Below, in pieces: positions 19,311-28,727 of a DNA stretch of 64,000 nucleotides. A model generated the notes under the pieces. It was given only the letters and a program-made list of their open reading frames with translations. It was not told the DNA's origin and made no database searches. Source of the stretch: Promethearchaeota archaeon (GTDB lineage: Archaea; Asgardarchaeota; Lokiarchaeia; Sigyniarchaeales; SOKP01); assembly GCA_048937405.1 (NCBI GenBank), contig JBHLNF010000004.1, positions 229,125-293,124 of the forward strand. The letters run 5' to 3'. The position numbers and the translations under genes are program-made. The stretch's first letter is position 1. Every line of letters begins with the position of its first letter.

Positions 19311-20414
19311 ATGGCTGCAGAAGAATTTTTATTTACTTTAGCAATGATCTCTAGCATTGCATTCACATATGTTAGTATTAAAAGACAGGAGTTGAAAAAG
19401 TGGCTTCCCAGTCAATATAGCTTTACAGCAGCTCGTATGAGTTCTTTTTTAGCACTCAATATTAGTGAATTCATGATTGCCTCTGTAGTTTTTTCAGTTT
19501 TAGGTGGTATATTAATCTGTGCTGCTTCATTTTTGGAGTATTATAACACTTTTTTTAAAAATAAACCGAAATTGTCCAAAAATCGTAAATTTCAATTAAT
19601 GAGCTCGTTAATAATATTAAATCCAGGAATAATAGGTTTAGAAATATCTATGATTTTTATTATGCTTTTTGCTGCTTATTTATTAATTAAAGTATACAGA
19701 TTAAAAAAAACTCCAACTCACGCATTCTTGTGTTTTGGTGTATTTACAATAATCCAATATTTGGTAACTATATTGTTTGATCCTTATGATGTAACTGGAT
19801 TTCAAAACCTTATTAATTGTATTATTGAAGTAGTTTTTTTAGTAACTGCACTTGTAGCACTTGTAGAAAGGCGAATATTAAATATTAATAACATATTACA
19901 AAGAGTCTTGAATGCAGCATCAGATGTGAGTACAAATGTTGCTAATATTGCTACAGAATTAGCTGCTAATACAAATCAAATTAATGCATCTTCTGAAGAA
20001 ATTTCCTTCAGTACAAAAAAGGTAGCTAATGAAGGTGCTAAAATTATGAATGAATCTCATGATATTAAGCAAGTATTGGACATTATATCAAATATATCTG
20101 ATCAAACAAATCTATTGGCTTTAAACGCACGCATTGAAGCAGGAAGAGCTGGTGAATATGGACGAGGTTTTGCTGTTGTAGCTGATGAAGTAAGGAAATT
20201 AGCAGAGGAATCAAAAAATGCTGTTGATCATAGTAGTAGTAAAATAAAAGAGATTTTGGCTAATATTCATTCAACATCTACTTCACTAGAAGGAATTAGT
20301 GCTTCCACTGAACAACAATCAGCTTCAATGGAGGAGATATCACAAACTACAAATAAATTGGGTACTTTAGCAGAAAATTTGAAAGAGTTATTAACTGAAG
20401 TAAAAATTATATAA
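19311..20414 (+). CDS. Methyl-accepting chemotaxis-like multi-TM protein
   Basis: About 6 TM helices followed by [35 protein letters not shown]; SD AGGAGGT. Confidence 0.88.
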   Translation: MAAEEFLFTLAMISSIAFTYVSIKRQELKKWLPSQYSFTAARMSSFLALNISEFMIASVVFSVLGGILICAASFLEYYNTFFKNKPKLSKNRKFQLMSSLIILNPGIIGLEISMIFIMLFAAYLLIKVYRLKKTPTHAFLCFGVFTIIQYLVTILFDPYDVTGFQNLINCIIEVVFLVTALVALVERRILNINNILQRVLNAASDVSTNVANIATELAANTNQINASSEEISFSTKKVANEGAKIMNESHDIKQVLDIISNISDQTNLLALNARIEAGRAGEYGRGFAVVADEVRKLAEESKNAVDHSSSKIKEILANIHSTSTSLEGISASTEQQSASMEEISQTTNKLGTLAENLKELLTEVKII

Positions 20415-20458
20415 ATTTTTTTTTTTAAAAATTTCGAATCAAAAAATGGTGAAAATAT

Positions 20459-20854
20459 TTGATTAAAATATTTATAGTTGATGACGATGATTCAATTTTA
20501 AAATTGTATAAACAATTTTTCGAATATAAAGGATTTAATGTCATAGACTATGCTAAGGATGGAAATGAAGCAGTAAATAAATATTTAAGATTTAAAACTA
20601 AGCCAGATTTAGTTATTATGGACTATCAAATGCCTTTTAAAAATGGAATCGAAGCAACAAAAGAAATCTTAAAAATCGATGGTAACATAAAAATAATCTT
20701 AATTAGTGGAGATTGTAGTATAAAAAATGAAGCTTTGGCGGCAGGAGCGATAATTTTTAAGAAAAAACCATTTAATTTACAAGAGTTATATTTATCTGTA
20801 TCAACATTAATTTGCAACTCTAATATGATATGTTCTAAGATTCGTGCTTGTTAA
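20459..20854 (+). CDS. Stand-alone receiver domain (CheY-like response regulator)
   Basis: IVDDD, MDYQMP (phospho-Asp), ISG and KKPF motifs. Confidence 0.92.
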   Translation: MIKIFIVDDDDSILKLYKQFFEYKGFNVIDYAKDGNEAVNKYLRFKTKPDLVIMDYQMPFKNGIEATKEILKIDGNIKIILISGDCSIKNEALAAGAIIFKKKPFNLQELYLSVSTLICNSNMICSKIRAC

Positions 20855-20882
20855 AATCCCTTTAACCACAATTCATTTTTTG

Positions 20883-20927
20883 TATAATTAGGCTAGAATG
20901 AATCTATTTTCATTCTAGCTAATTATA
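20883..20927. other. Long inverted repeat (about 19-bp stem, one bulge); possible terminator or protein-binding site
   Basis: TATAATTAG-GCTAGAATGAA tctatt TTCATTCTAGC-TAATTATA. Confidence 0.55.
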
Positions 20928-20975
20928 TTTAATTCATTTTTACTTATAGGGCATTTTGGAGCTAAATAATGCATT

Positions 20976-21070
20976 CGACCAGTAGTCATTTTTTGAACCA
21001 AAAGTTTAAATAAGAAAATGAATTTTTTTATATTAATAACCCTTGGTATAAAAAATGACTCTCAGTCATT
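20976..21070 (+). promoter_or_regulatory. TetR-2 promoter: TGAC-N5-GTCA-type operators around the same BRE/TATA sequence as TetR-1
   Basis: CGACCAGTAGTCA at 20976-20988, CCAAAAGTTTAAATA at 20998-21012, TAACCCTTGGTAT at 21037-21049 and AATGACTCTCAGTCATT at 21054-21070. Confidence 0.75.
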
Positions 21071-21092
21071 ACACAGGATAAGGTGATTATTA

Positions 21093-21773
21093 ATGGAAAG
21101 TAAAAAAAAAGTTAAGGAAAAAATGACTAGGAAGGAAAGAGAAACACAATTACGAAAGCAGATTATACTTGAAGCTGCAGAAAAATTGTTTTTATCTAAA
21201 GGATATGAAGCCACGACAATGGATGAAATAGCTAATGAAGCAGAATTTAGTAAAGGAACAGTTTATAAATATTTTGTCTCTAAGGATGAATTATATATTG
21301 CGATAGGTATCAAAGCTTATGAATTGATCATTAAATACACAAGAGAATTTACGGAGAAAGAGGATCAGGGTATAAAACAGCTAATGGCGGTAGGATATGC
21401 TTATTATGAATTTACGAAAGATAATCCAAATTATGCTTCGATCTTTCATGATATAGGACTGAAATTTCCTGATATTGCATCCAAGTCTAAAACTGAACTC
21501 TCTAAGATTGAAAAAGAGTATCTTGATTTAAGTAATATATATCGAGACATCTTTGTTAAAGTGATGAATGAAGCTGTAAAAAACAAATCGATTCGTGCAG
21601 ATAAAACTCCTTTTATGATCGGTTATGTCCTCTCAACTCTCACAAGAGGTTTAGTTGAAGATTTAATTCATTCTAAGGAAATTGTTAAAAAAAGATTTAA
21701 TTTAGAACCTGATGATATCATAGATTTTGCTTTCGATATCATTGGAGAAGGCTTAAAACCAAGGGAAAAATAA
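21093..21773 (+). CDS. TetR/AcrR family regulator (paralog of 18581)
   Basis: GYEATTMDEIA...SKGTVYKYFVSKDEL; shares the C-terminal EGLKP with the first TetR. Confidence 0.93.
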   Translation: MESKKKVKEKMTRKERETQLRKQIILEAAEKLFLSKGYEATTMDEIANEAEFSKGTVYKYFVSKDELYIAIGIKAYELIIKYTREFTEKEDQGIKQLMAVGYAYYEFTKDNPNYASIFHDIGLKFPDIASKSKTELSKIEKEYLDLSNIYRDIFVKVMNEAVKNKSIRADKTPFMIGYVLSTLTRGLVEDLIHSKEIVKKRFNLEPDDIIDFAFDIIGEGLKPREK

Positions 21774-21794
21774 AAATAAGGAGGAATAAAAAAA

Positions 21795-22283
21795 ATGTCG
21801 AAAGTATTAATTGTATATTATTCTCTCACAGGAAATACCAAATTAATTGCAAAAGCAATAACAAAGTCATTAAATGCAGATATTCTTGAATTAAAACCTG
21901 TGAAGGAACTCAATGCTGAAAGTGGGATGAAATACTTTTTGGGTGGTTTTCAAGCAACAATGAAAAGAAAACCCAAATTAAAAGATTTTGATATCAATCC
22001 ACTAATCTATGATTTAATTTTTATTGGAACACCAGTATGGGCATGGACATACTCTCCACCAATTCGTTCTTTCTTGTTAAAATTTGACTTATCAGGAAAG
22101 AACATAGCACTCTGGACATGTAGTGATGGAGATGGTGTAAAAGCAATGAGAAGATTTAAAGAAACTTTAAGGGAAAGTAATATAATTGGTGAAATCCGTT
22201 TTATATCTCCAAAAGAGCATGGAGTAGATGAAGCCAAAGAAAAAGCAATAGCTTGGGCAAATGAGATTATTCAGAATATATAA
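21795..22283 (+). CDS. Flavodoxin-family protein
   Basis: YYSLTGNT and GTPVW motifs. Confidence 0.88.
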   Translation: MSKVLIVYYSLTGNTKLIAKAITKSLNADILELKPVKELNAESGMKYFLGGFQATMKRKPKLKDFDINPLIYDLIFIGTPVWAWTYSPPIRSFLLKFDLSGKNIALWTCSDGDGVKAMRRFKETLRESNIIGEIRFISPKEHGVDEAKEKAIAWANEIIQNI

Positions 22284-22302
22284 ATTATGAGAGTGTTATA
22301 GA

Positions 22303-23079
22303 ATGGGACAACACAAGAAATTGTTTAAATTCAGAAAACTTTTGATGTTCTTATGGGTAATTGCTTTACCGATCACATTTAATTGGATGTCACCTGTTCT
22401 TATTATTATGGGAGGTTTTGAAGGTTATATTACAATAAGTTTCATTGTCTTTGCTACTTGGTTCATTTCCTCTTTGTTTTTCGGTAGATCTTTTTGTGCT
22501 TATGGATGTCAATGGGGTGCAATTCAAGAAGTTCTGGGGGATACAATACCTAAGAAACTAGATCAAGCTAAAAAAAGGAAAAGAAGGAAGATTAAATACA
22601 TCGTTTTTATTGTGTGGATTATTTTTATTGCTTTGGGACCAATATTCAATTTAGGATACCAATATGGATTTAATCCATTTTATCCAACTCCCGAAGATCC
22701 CACAGGAATAATTTCATGGAATGAATTTGCAATTGGGATGTTGATTTTTTATTTCGGAATTATCGGATCTGTAGCTATTCTATTTACATTAGTAGGAGGA
22801 AAACGATCATTTTGTAATTATGCATGTCCTATGGGAGTATTAGGAGTTATAGGGACAAAAATTAAAAATACCCTTAAATACCCTTCACTGCACTTAGAAG
22901 TTAATACTGAGAGTTGTACTCAATGTAAGCAATGTTCAAAAGCATGTGAGATGGGGCTTGATGTTAATGAAATGGTACAATCAGGAGATATGTATGATCC
23001 TGATTGCATTTTATGTGGTAACTGTGTTTCTACTTGCCCACAGAATGTTATAAATTATGCATGGAAATGGAATAACTAA
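22303..23079 (+). CDS. Membrane 4Fe-4S protein (NapH/MauN-like polyferredoxin)
   Basis: GRSFCAYGC and RSFCNYACP motifs, two CxxCxxCxxxC motifs, and TM helices. Confidence 0.85.
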   Translation: MGQHKKLFKFRKLLMFLWVIALPITFNWMSPVLIIMGGFEGYITISFIVFATWFISSLFFGRSFCAYGCQWGAIQEVLGDTIPKKLDQAKKRKRRKIKYIVFIVWIIFIALGPIFNLGYQYGFNPFYPTPEDPTGIISWNEFAIGMLIFYFGIIGSVAILFTLVGGKRSFCNYACPMGVLGVIGTKIKNTLKYPSLHLEVNTESCTQCKQCSKACEMGLDVNEMVQSGDMYDPDCILCGNCVSTCPQNVINYAWKWNN

Positions 23080-23241
23080 AAATATTTGATAACTTTCTTT
23101 TATTTTTTTATAGCTTTTGCATATAAATATATTGAGGGTGAGAATATAGATTGTTTTATATTATATTATTTTCACATACAATAAAGAGATTACATTGATA
23201 AGTTGTTTTTAGCTTATTTTTATTAAAGATAAATAAAAAAT

Positions 23242-23448
23242 GTGATAATGCAATTACTAACCAAAAATATTCAAGTCACACAGGTACCTTGTTCTAAATG
23301 CAAAGGAGTTTTTAATGCAGGAATTTCAACTGACATAATTAGTAAAGTTGAGATATATCCTTTTCCTAATGTACTGTTGCATAGTTTACTTGAAAATAAT
23401 AGTAAAATTTGCAACTCCCATTATCATCCAAATTTTTATTTTAAATAG
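23242..23448 (+). pseudogene. Short, probably degenerate Zn-ribbon protein remnant
   Basis: VPCSKC...IYPFPNVLLH in a 68-aa ORF with a poor C-terminus. Confidence 0.3.
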
Positions 23449-23499
23449 ATTAGAAGTCTACTTCTTCATAACCTTTTTATAGGATTTTTAATTTTCTTT

Positions 23500-23527
23500 A
23501 TCGATATGTACGGTTATACATATCTAT
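23500..23527. promoter_or_regulatory. ModE-like operator upstream of tupA
   Basis: ATCGATATGTA-N6-TACATATCTAT resembles the ModE consensus ATCGNTATATA-N6-TATATANCGAT; TTTATAAA lies at 23537-23544. Confidence 0.65.
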
Positions 23528-23575
23528 AATCTTTAATTTATAAAATAGTATAAACAAAAAATAATAAACTATAAA

Positions 23576-24610
23576 ATGTCATCAAGAAAACCATTAAAAG
23601 AATTTGTAGGTGACCATAAAGCAGCTATTTTATTAGCAATAATAATCATTGCGGGAGGTTCTGTCGGAACATATTTTGTCATTGATTACTTAAATGCTCA
23701 AAATCCAGAAAAAATAACATTAGCAACAACGACTTCTACATATGATTCAGGCTTATTAGATTATTTACTTCCTGAATTTACCAAACTAACGGGAATTCAT
23801 ATTAAAGTGTTATCAGTGGGTACAGGAACTGCTATCACATATGGAAAAGATGGGAATGTAGATGTAATTCTGGTACATTCAAGATCGAGAGAAGATGATT
23901 TTGTTAATGCTAGTCTTGGTGTTGATGGCATCCCTTATGGAATTTATCGTGCATGTGTTATGTATAACGATTTTATTATAGTAGGACATGAATCTAATCC
24001 TGCTAATTTACAACCTGGTGATAATATAATAACAGTCATGACAAAATTAAGAGATGCTATAGATAATGGAAATATGACTTTTTATTCTAGAGGAGATGGT
24101 TCGGGGACTCATTCAAAAGAACTAGCCTTATGGAGCCTAGTTGGAGTGGACCCAGAAACAAGATGGGAAGAACAACCAGACAAGTATTCTGAAACCGGAG
24201 AAGGTATGGGAACCACATTATTAATAACATCTGAGGATACTGAAGCTGCACATGAAGGATATACAATAATTGATAGAGGTACATGGCTCTCCTTATTTGA
24301 ACAATATACCACCCTAAAAATCTTAGCAGAATCTATTATTGGTGAAAACTATTTACTCAATCCTTATGGGGTTATCCCTATTAATCCTGTATTATATCCC
24401 CACGTTAAATATGTTTCTGTATGCAGATTTATTGGTTTTTTAACATCTCCATATGGTCAGGATCTAATTGATGCGTATAGAAAAAATAATCAAGTTCTAT
24501 TTCACGCGGATTTTGGAACTTGTGATAATGATACTGCTTGTACTACTACTGCTGATGAAATAACAATATGGAAGCCATATCAAATAGAATTTGCAGATTT
24601 AACAGTCTAA
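23576..24610 (+). CDS. tupA: Tungstate ABC transporter substrate-binding protein
   Basis: N-terminal TM anchor; LATTTSTYDSGLL, VGTG, SRGDGSGTHSKE and DRGT motifs. Confidence 0.93.
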   Translation: MSSRKPLKEFVGDHKAAILLAIIIIAGGSVGTYFVIDYLNAQNPEKITLATTTSTYDSGLLDYLLPEFTKLTGIHIKVLSVGTGTAITYGKDGNVDVILVHSRSREDDFVNASLGVDGIPYGIYRACVMYNDFIIVGHESNPANLQPGDNIITVMTKLRDAIDNGNMTFYSRGDGSGTHSKELALWSLVGVDPETRWEEQPDKYSETGEGMGTTLLITSEDTEAAHEGYTIIDRGTWLSLFEQYTTLKILAESIIGENYLLNPYGVIPINPVLYPHVKYVSVCRFIGFLTSPYGQDLIDAYRKNNQVLFHADFGTCDNDTACTTTADEITIWKPYQIEFADLTV

Positions 24611-24639
24611 TGAATTTTAGTAAAATTCATTTTTTTTTT
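24609..24639 (+). terminator. Inverted repeat plus T-run between tupA and tupB
   Basis: AATGAATTTTA-G-TAAAATTCATT followed by a T-run. Confidence 0.5.
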
Positions 24640-24682
24640 ATTTTTTATCAATATAGTTAAATCAAAAAAAGAAGTTAGAATA

Positions 24683-25378
24683 ATGCCGAATGAAATTATA
24701 GAGGGAATATTAGAGGCAATACGTTTAATATTTACTTTTGATCCTGAAGTATGGGGTGTAATTGAAGTTTCGTTCCGAGTTTCCTTGACTTCAACATTTT
24801 TAGCAGCTTTAGTTGCTCTACCAATTGGTTCATTTATAGGATTGAGGAAATTTAAAGGGAAAAAGGAGATTACAAACTTAATTAATACTTTTATGGGATT
24901 TCCTCCAGTAGTTATGGGATTATTAGTATATTTGCTATTATCAAGAAATGGACCATTTGGGGAATTAGGATTATTATATTCAACATCAGCTATGATAATA
25001 GCCCAATTTCTTTTAGCAATCCCTATTATTATGGGTACAGCTAAAGCGGCAATAGAAAGTGTTGATCCAATTTTAAAAGAAACAGTTCTTTCTTTAGGGG
25101 CTAATGAACGCCAATTATGGTGGGAATTAATTAAACATTCGAAAAAATCTATTATTGCTGGATTTCTTGTTGCTTTTGGGCAAGCAATTTCTGAAGTAGG
25201 AGCAGTTATGATCGTTGGAGGTAATATTAGATGGGAAACTAGAACTTTTACGACTTCTATTGTTCTTCAAACTCGTATGGGTGAATTTGGGATGGCAATA
25301 GCTTTAGGGGTAATTCTCATCTCTATTGCCTTTATCGTCAATTACGGACTTACACGTTTACAAACTAGAGTTGATTAA
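24683..25378 (+). CDS. tupB: Tungstate ABC transporter permease
   Basis: FMGFPPVVMGL and FGQAISEVGAVMIVGGNI motifs. Confidence 0.93.
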   Translation: MPNEIIEGILEAIRLIFTFDPEVWGVIEVSFRVSLTSTFLAALVALPIGSFIGLRKFKGKKEITNLINTFMGFPPVVMGLLVYLLLSRNGPFGELGLLYSTSAMIIAQFLLAIPIIMGTAKAAIESVDPILKETVLSLGANERQLWWELIKHSKKSIIAGFLVAFGQAISEVGAVMIVGGNIRWETRTFTTSIVLQTRMGEFGMAIALGVILISIAFIVNYGLTRLQTRVD

Positions 25379-25379
25379 A

Positions 25380-26471
25380 ATGAAATTACTAGAGATTAGA
25401 AATATTCATAAAGAATATTATAAAGGAGATAAATCAGCAATTATTGTTCTTTCTAACATAAATTTCTCTGTTAAAAAAGGAGAATGCTTTATTATAATTG
25501 GCCCAAATGGAAGTGGTAAAACTACTTTATTAAAATTAATAGGATTACTTGAATTACCAACCTCTGGACAAATTCTTTATAATAATAAAGAATTAATTAA
25601 CATTTCGAGAAAGGAAAAAGTTAAATACAGGAGAAAATTCTCATTTGTCCGCCAAAAACCTATAGTACGGAATACATCGGTCTTTAATAACATAGCATAT
25701 GGTTTAAAAGTACGTGGAATGAGAAGTATTGATTATCAAGAGGAGGTTAATGAAATAATACAATTTACTGGGTTAAAGGGTATGGAGAAAAAAAATGCAA
25801 GATCTTTATCTGGAGGTGAAATGCAAAGAGTTGCAATAGCAATGAATTTCGTTATAAACCCTGATCTCTACTTATTGGATGAAGTATCAGCAAATTTAGA
25901 TTCGATGAATTTAAAGTTGTTAGACGATTTTATTATGAGAATAAAACAGGATAAGGAAAAGACGATAATTATGAGTACACATGATCCTCTTGAAGCAATA
26001 AAATATGCAGACCGTATTGCTGTACTTAATAATGGGCAAATAACTCAAATAGGAAGACCAAATGAAATATTCACAGCTCCGAAGGATGAATTTACTGCTC
26101 TTTTTGTAGGATATGAAAACATTTTTTATGGGTTAGCAGAATTAGATAAAGTAACAGGATTATCTCAAATCAAAATTAATGATTTAATTATTACAGCTTC
26201 AAGTCAACAAGAGGGGGAAGTTAAAGTTTGTATTCGACCAGAAAGTATTGGTATTGTTAAAGAACCTCCCAAGAACACAAGCTATAGAAATACCTTCAAA
26301 GGTATTATTGAAAATATCCGAGAACTTGGAAATATTTGTCATTTAATCGTAAGATGTCAATCAGAGAAATTTTTAATAACCATAACTGAGCTTTCTCGAA
26401 AGAATTTAAAGTTAGAAATAGAATCTGAGGCCTTTATCAATTTTAAAGCAACAGATGTTAAAATATTATAA
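25380..26471 (+). CDS. tupC: Tungstate ABC transporter ATPase with a TOBE domain
   Basis: GPNGSGKT, LSGGE and LLDE motifs with a C-terminal TOBE-like region; ATG at 25380. Confidence 0.9.
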   Translation: MKLLEIRNIHKEYYKGDKSAIIVLSNINFSVKKGECFIIIGPNGSGKTTLLKLIGLLELPTSGQILYNNKELINISRKEKVKYRRKFSFVRQKPIVRNTSVFNNIAYGLKVRGMRSIDYQEEVNEIIQFTGLKGMEKKNARSLSGGEMQRVAIAMNFVINPDLYLLDEVSANLDSMNLKLLDDFIMRIKQDKEKTIIMSTHDPLEAIKYADRIAVLNNGQITQIGRPNEIFTAPKDEFTALFVGYENIFYGLAELDKVTGLSQIKINDLIITASSQQEGEVKVCIRPESIGIVKEPPKNTSYRNTFKGIIENIRELGNICHLIVRCQSEKFLITITELSRKNLKLEIESEAFINFKATDVKIL

Positions 26472-26505
26472 ATAAATTTTTAAGAAATTTCAATTTAATT
26501 TAAAT

Positions 26506-26533
26506 AACGTTATGTTTACGAGAAAATATCGAA
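26506..26533. promoter_or_regulatory. Second ModE-like operator upstream of moaC
   Basis: AACGTTATGTT-N6-AAAATATCGAA, with the same spacing as the tupA box. Confidence 0.5.
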
Positions 26534-26555
26534 GATTTCAACACTTTTAACAAAA

Positions 26556-26981
26556 ATGATCGATATATCCGAAAAAAATACAATTACTAGGATTGCAATA
26601 GCGTCTGGCAAGATTAAATTAAAAAAAGAGACAATTGAACGGATTATTAAGAAGCAAGTTGAAAAAGGTGATGCCTTTACTATTGCGAAAGTCTCTGCTA
26701 TTAATGCGGTTAAAAAAGTCCCAGAATTAATTCCTTTCTGTCATCAAATCCCTATAACAAATGTGAAAGTAAATTTTGAAATCAATGGTCAAATAATTAA
26801 AGTAGTATGTAGAGTTAAAAGTATCGCAAAGACAGGAGTTGAAATGGAAGCATTAACGGGAGTTAGTATAGCTCTTTTGAATTTGTGGGATATTATCAAA
26901 ATGTATGAAAAGGATAAAAATGGACAATATCCATCTACTCAAATCTATGATCTAATGGTCGAAGAGAAGATAAAAAAATAG
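26556..26981 (+). CDS. moaC: Cyclic pyranopterin monophosphate synthase
   Basis: MIDISEK, LIPFCH and KTGVEMEAL motifs. Confidence 0.95.
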   Translation: MIDISEKNTITRIAIASGKIKLKKETIERIIKKQVEKGDAFTIAKVSAINAVKKVPELIPFCHQIPITNVKVNFEINGQIIKVVCRVKSIAKTGVEMEALTGVSIALLNLWDIIKMYEKDKNGQYPSTQIYDLMVEEKIKK

Positions 26982-26993
26982 TGATTTTAGAAT

Positions 26994-27914
26994 ATGAAAG
27001 ATAAAAGCAATAGAGAAATTAAACACATCAGATTTTCGATAACATCAAAGTGTAATTATAATTGCATTTATTGTGATCAAGAAGGATTTATTCCAAAAAC
27101 TTCAGAATTGACTGTAGAAGAGATAACTAAGTTATGCAAAATATTAGCTGAAATCCTAAATGTTACTAGAATAAAATTTACTGGTGGAGAACCTTTATGT
27201 CGAGAAGAGATTATACAGATAATTAAGAATGTAGCTGATTTGCATTTATATAAGGATATTTCTATTACTACCAATGGACTATTATTATATGATAAAGCAG
27301 AAGAATTATATAATGCAGGATTGAATCGAATAAATGTATCACTTGGTTCACTATTACCAGAAGTATATAAGGAAATTTACGGCTCGGATTCATTAAGGAA
27401 GGTGTTAAAGGGATTAAAAAAGGCAAAACAAGTTGGCTTTAATTTTATAAAATTAAATTTTGTTATAATGAAAGGATTAAATGATAATGAATTAGAATCT
27501 ATGTTAGAATTTTGTGGTAAATATGGATATATCTTACAATTAATTGAATTACACGAGGTTTCAGATGCAGTAGGGGGAAATAGTGATTTTTATAAGAAAT
27601 ATCACCTTGATATTAAACCCATTATTGAAGATTTTGAATTAAAAGCTAAAAAGATAAAAATAAGAGGTTCTATGCAAAACCGGAAAGTATTTACATTACC
27701 AAATTCAGCAATAGTTGAAACTATAGTTCCAAGTCATGAATTTTGTATGGGCTGTACTAAACTACGTGTGGGATGTGACGGAAATCTATTTGGTTGTTTG
27801 TATCGATCAGATTTAGGAAAAAATATTAAGGAAGCTATTCGAAATCATCATTCATTAGCTAAATATGAACAAATAGTTAAGCAAGTGGTAGATTCACGAG
27901 AGCCTTATTATTAG
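26994..27914 (+). CDS. moaA: GTP 3',8-cyclase (radical SAM)
   Basis: CNYNCIYC, TGGEP and FCMGCTKLR...GCL motifs. Confidence 0.95.
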   Translation: MKDKSNREIKHIRFSITSKCNYNCIYCDQEGFIPKTSELTVEEITKLCKILAEILNVTRIKFTGGEPLCREEIIQIIKNVADLHLYKDISITTNGLLLYDKAEELYNAGLNRINVSLGSLLPEVYKEIYGSDSLRKVLKGLKKAKQVGFNFIKLNFVIMKGLNDNELESMLEFCGKYGYILQLIELHEVSDAVGGNSDFYKKYHLDIKPIIEDFELKAKKIKIRGSMQNRKVFTLPNSAIVETIVPSHEFCMGCTKLRVGCDGNLFGCLYRSDLGKNIKEAIRNHHSLAKYEQIVKQVVDSREPYY

Positions 27915-27939
27915 GGATTATTAAAAACCAGTCAAAACT

Positions 27940-28218
27940 ATGATTATACAAATACTCTATTTTGCTGAACTTAAGGAAATTACTAAAAAAGAAAAAGAAA
28001 AATTTGAAATATCAGAGAATAATTTAAAGGCATTATTAAATATTTTATTTGAAAAATATGAATTAAAAAGTATAATTTGGGATGAAGAGAATCAAAAAAT
28101 ACATAACTTAATATCCGTCGTAATAAATAATCAAGTAATCCATAAGAAAGATCCACTAACAATTGATTTAAATGACGGAGATACAATTGCTTTCTTATTA
28201 CCTGTATCAGGAGGTTAA
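27940..28218 (+). CDS. moaD: Molybdopterin synthase sulfur carrier (ubiquitin-like)
   Basis: YFA motif and C-terminal PVSGG. Confidence 0.9.
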   Translation: MIIQILYFAELKEITKKEKEKFEISENNLKALLNILFEKYELKSIIWDEENQKIHNLISVVINNQVIHKKDPLTIDLNDGDTIAFLLPVSGG

Positions 28219-28224
28219 AACATT

Positions 28225-28674
28225 ATGAGTATTAATGATAAATATCAAATTAAATCAGGAATATACAACAAAGGAGAAATCAATTTAGAGAGAATTATTG
28301 ACTCAATAAAAAATAATCCTGAAGTAAAAAAAGCTGGTTCTATTCACACGTTTACCGGAATTGTAAGAGAGAGCTCTGTAAATGGAAAGCCTGTAATTAG
28401 CATGAAAATTGATGCTTATAATGAGTTAGCAAATATAAGTATCAATAAGATCTGTGAAAATTTGAAAAAAGAAAATGGTATAATTGATATTAAAATTATT
28501 CATTTAAAAGGAGCCTTTAACCTTTCTGAGGATTTAGTTTATGTAGTTGTAGCCTCAAGTCATAGAAAAGAAGGTTTTAAAGTAATTAGTAAAGCTGTTA
28601 ATATGTATAAAAAAGAACTTGCTGTATGGAAAAAAGAAAATTTTTCTGATGGAACTTCTAAGTGGATTCATTAA
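28225..28674 (+). CDS. moaE: Molybdopterin synthase catalytic subunit
   Basis: FTGIVR, SSHRKEGF and VWKKE motifs. Confidence 0.93.
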   Translation: MSINDKYQIKSGIYNKGEINLERIIDSIKNNPEVKKAGSIHTFTGIVRESSVNGKPVISMKIDAYNELANISINKICENLKKENGIIDIKIIHLKGAFNLSEDLVYVVVASSHRKEGFKVISKAVNMYKKELAVWKKENFSDGTSKWIH

Positions 28675-28727
28675 AAATGGTATATAGAAAATAAAATATT
28701 AATTTTTAAAGATATCAAAACTATAAA

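Noticed and set aside
25326-25379. TupC N-terminal extension overlapping tupB
   Set aside because: ATG 25380 right after the tupB stop gives a normal N-terminus.
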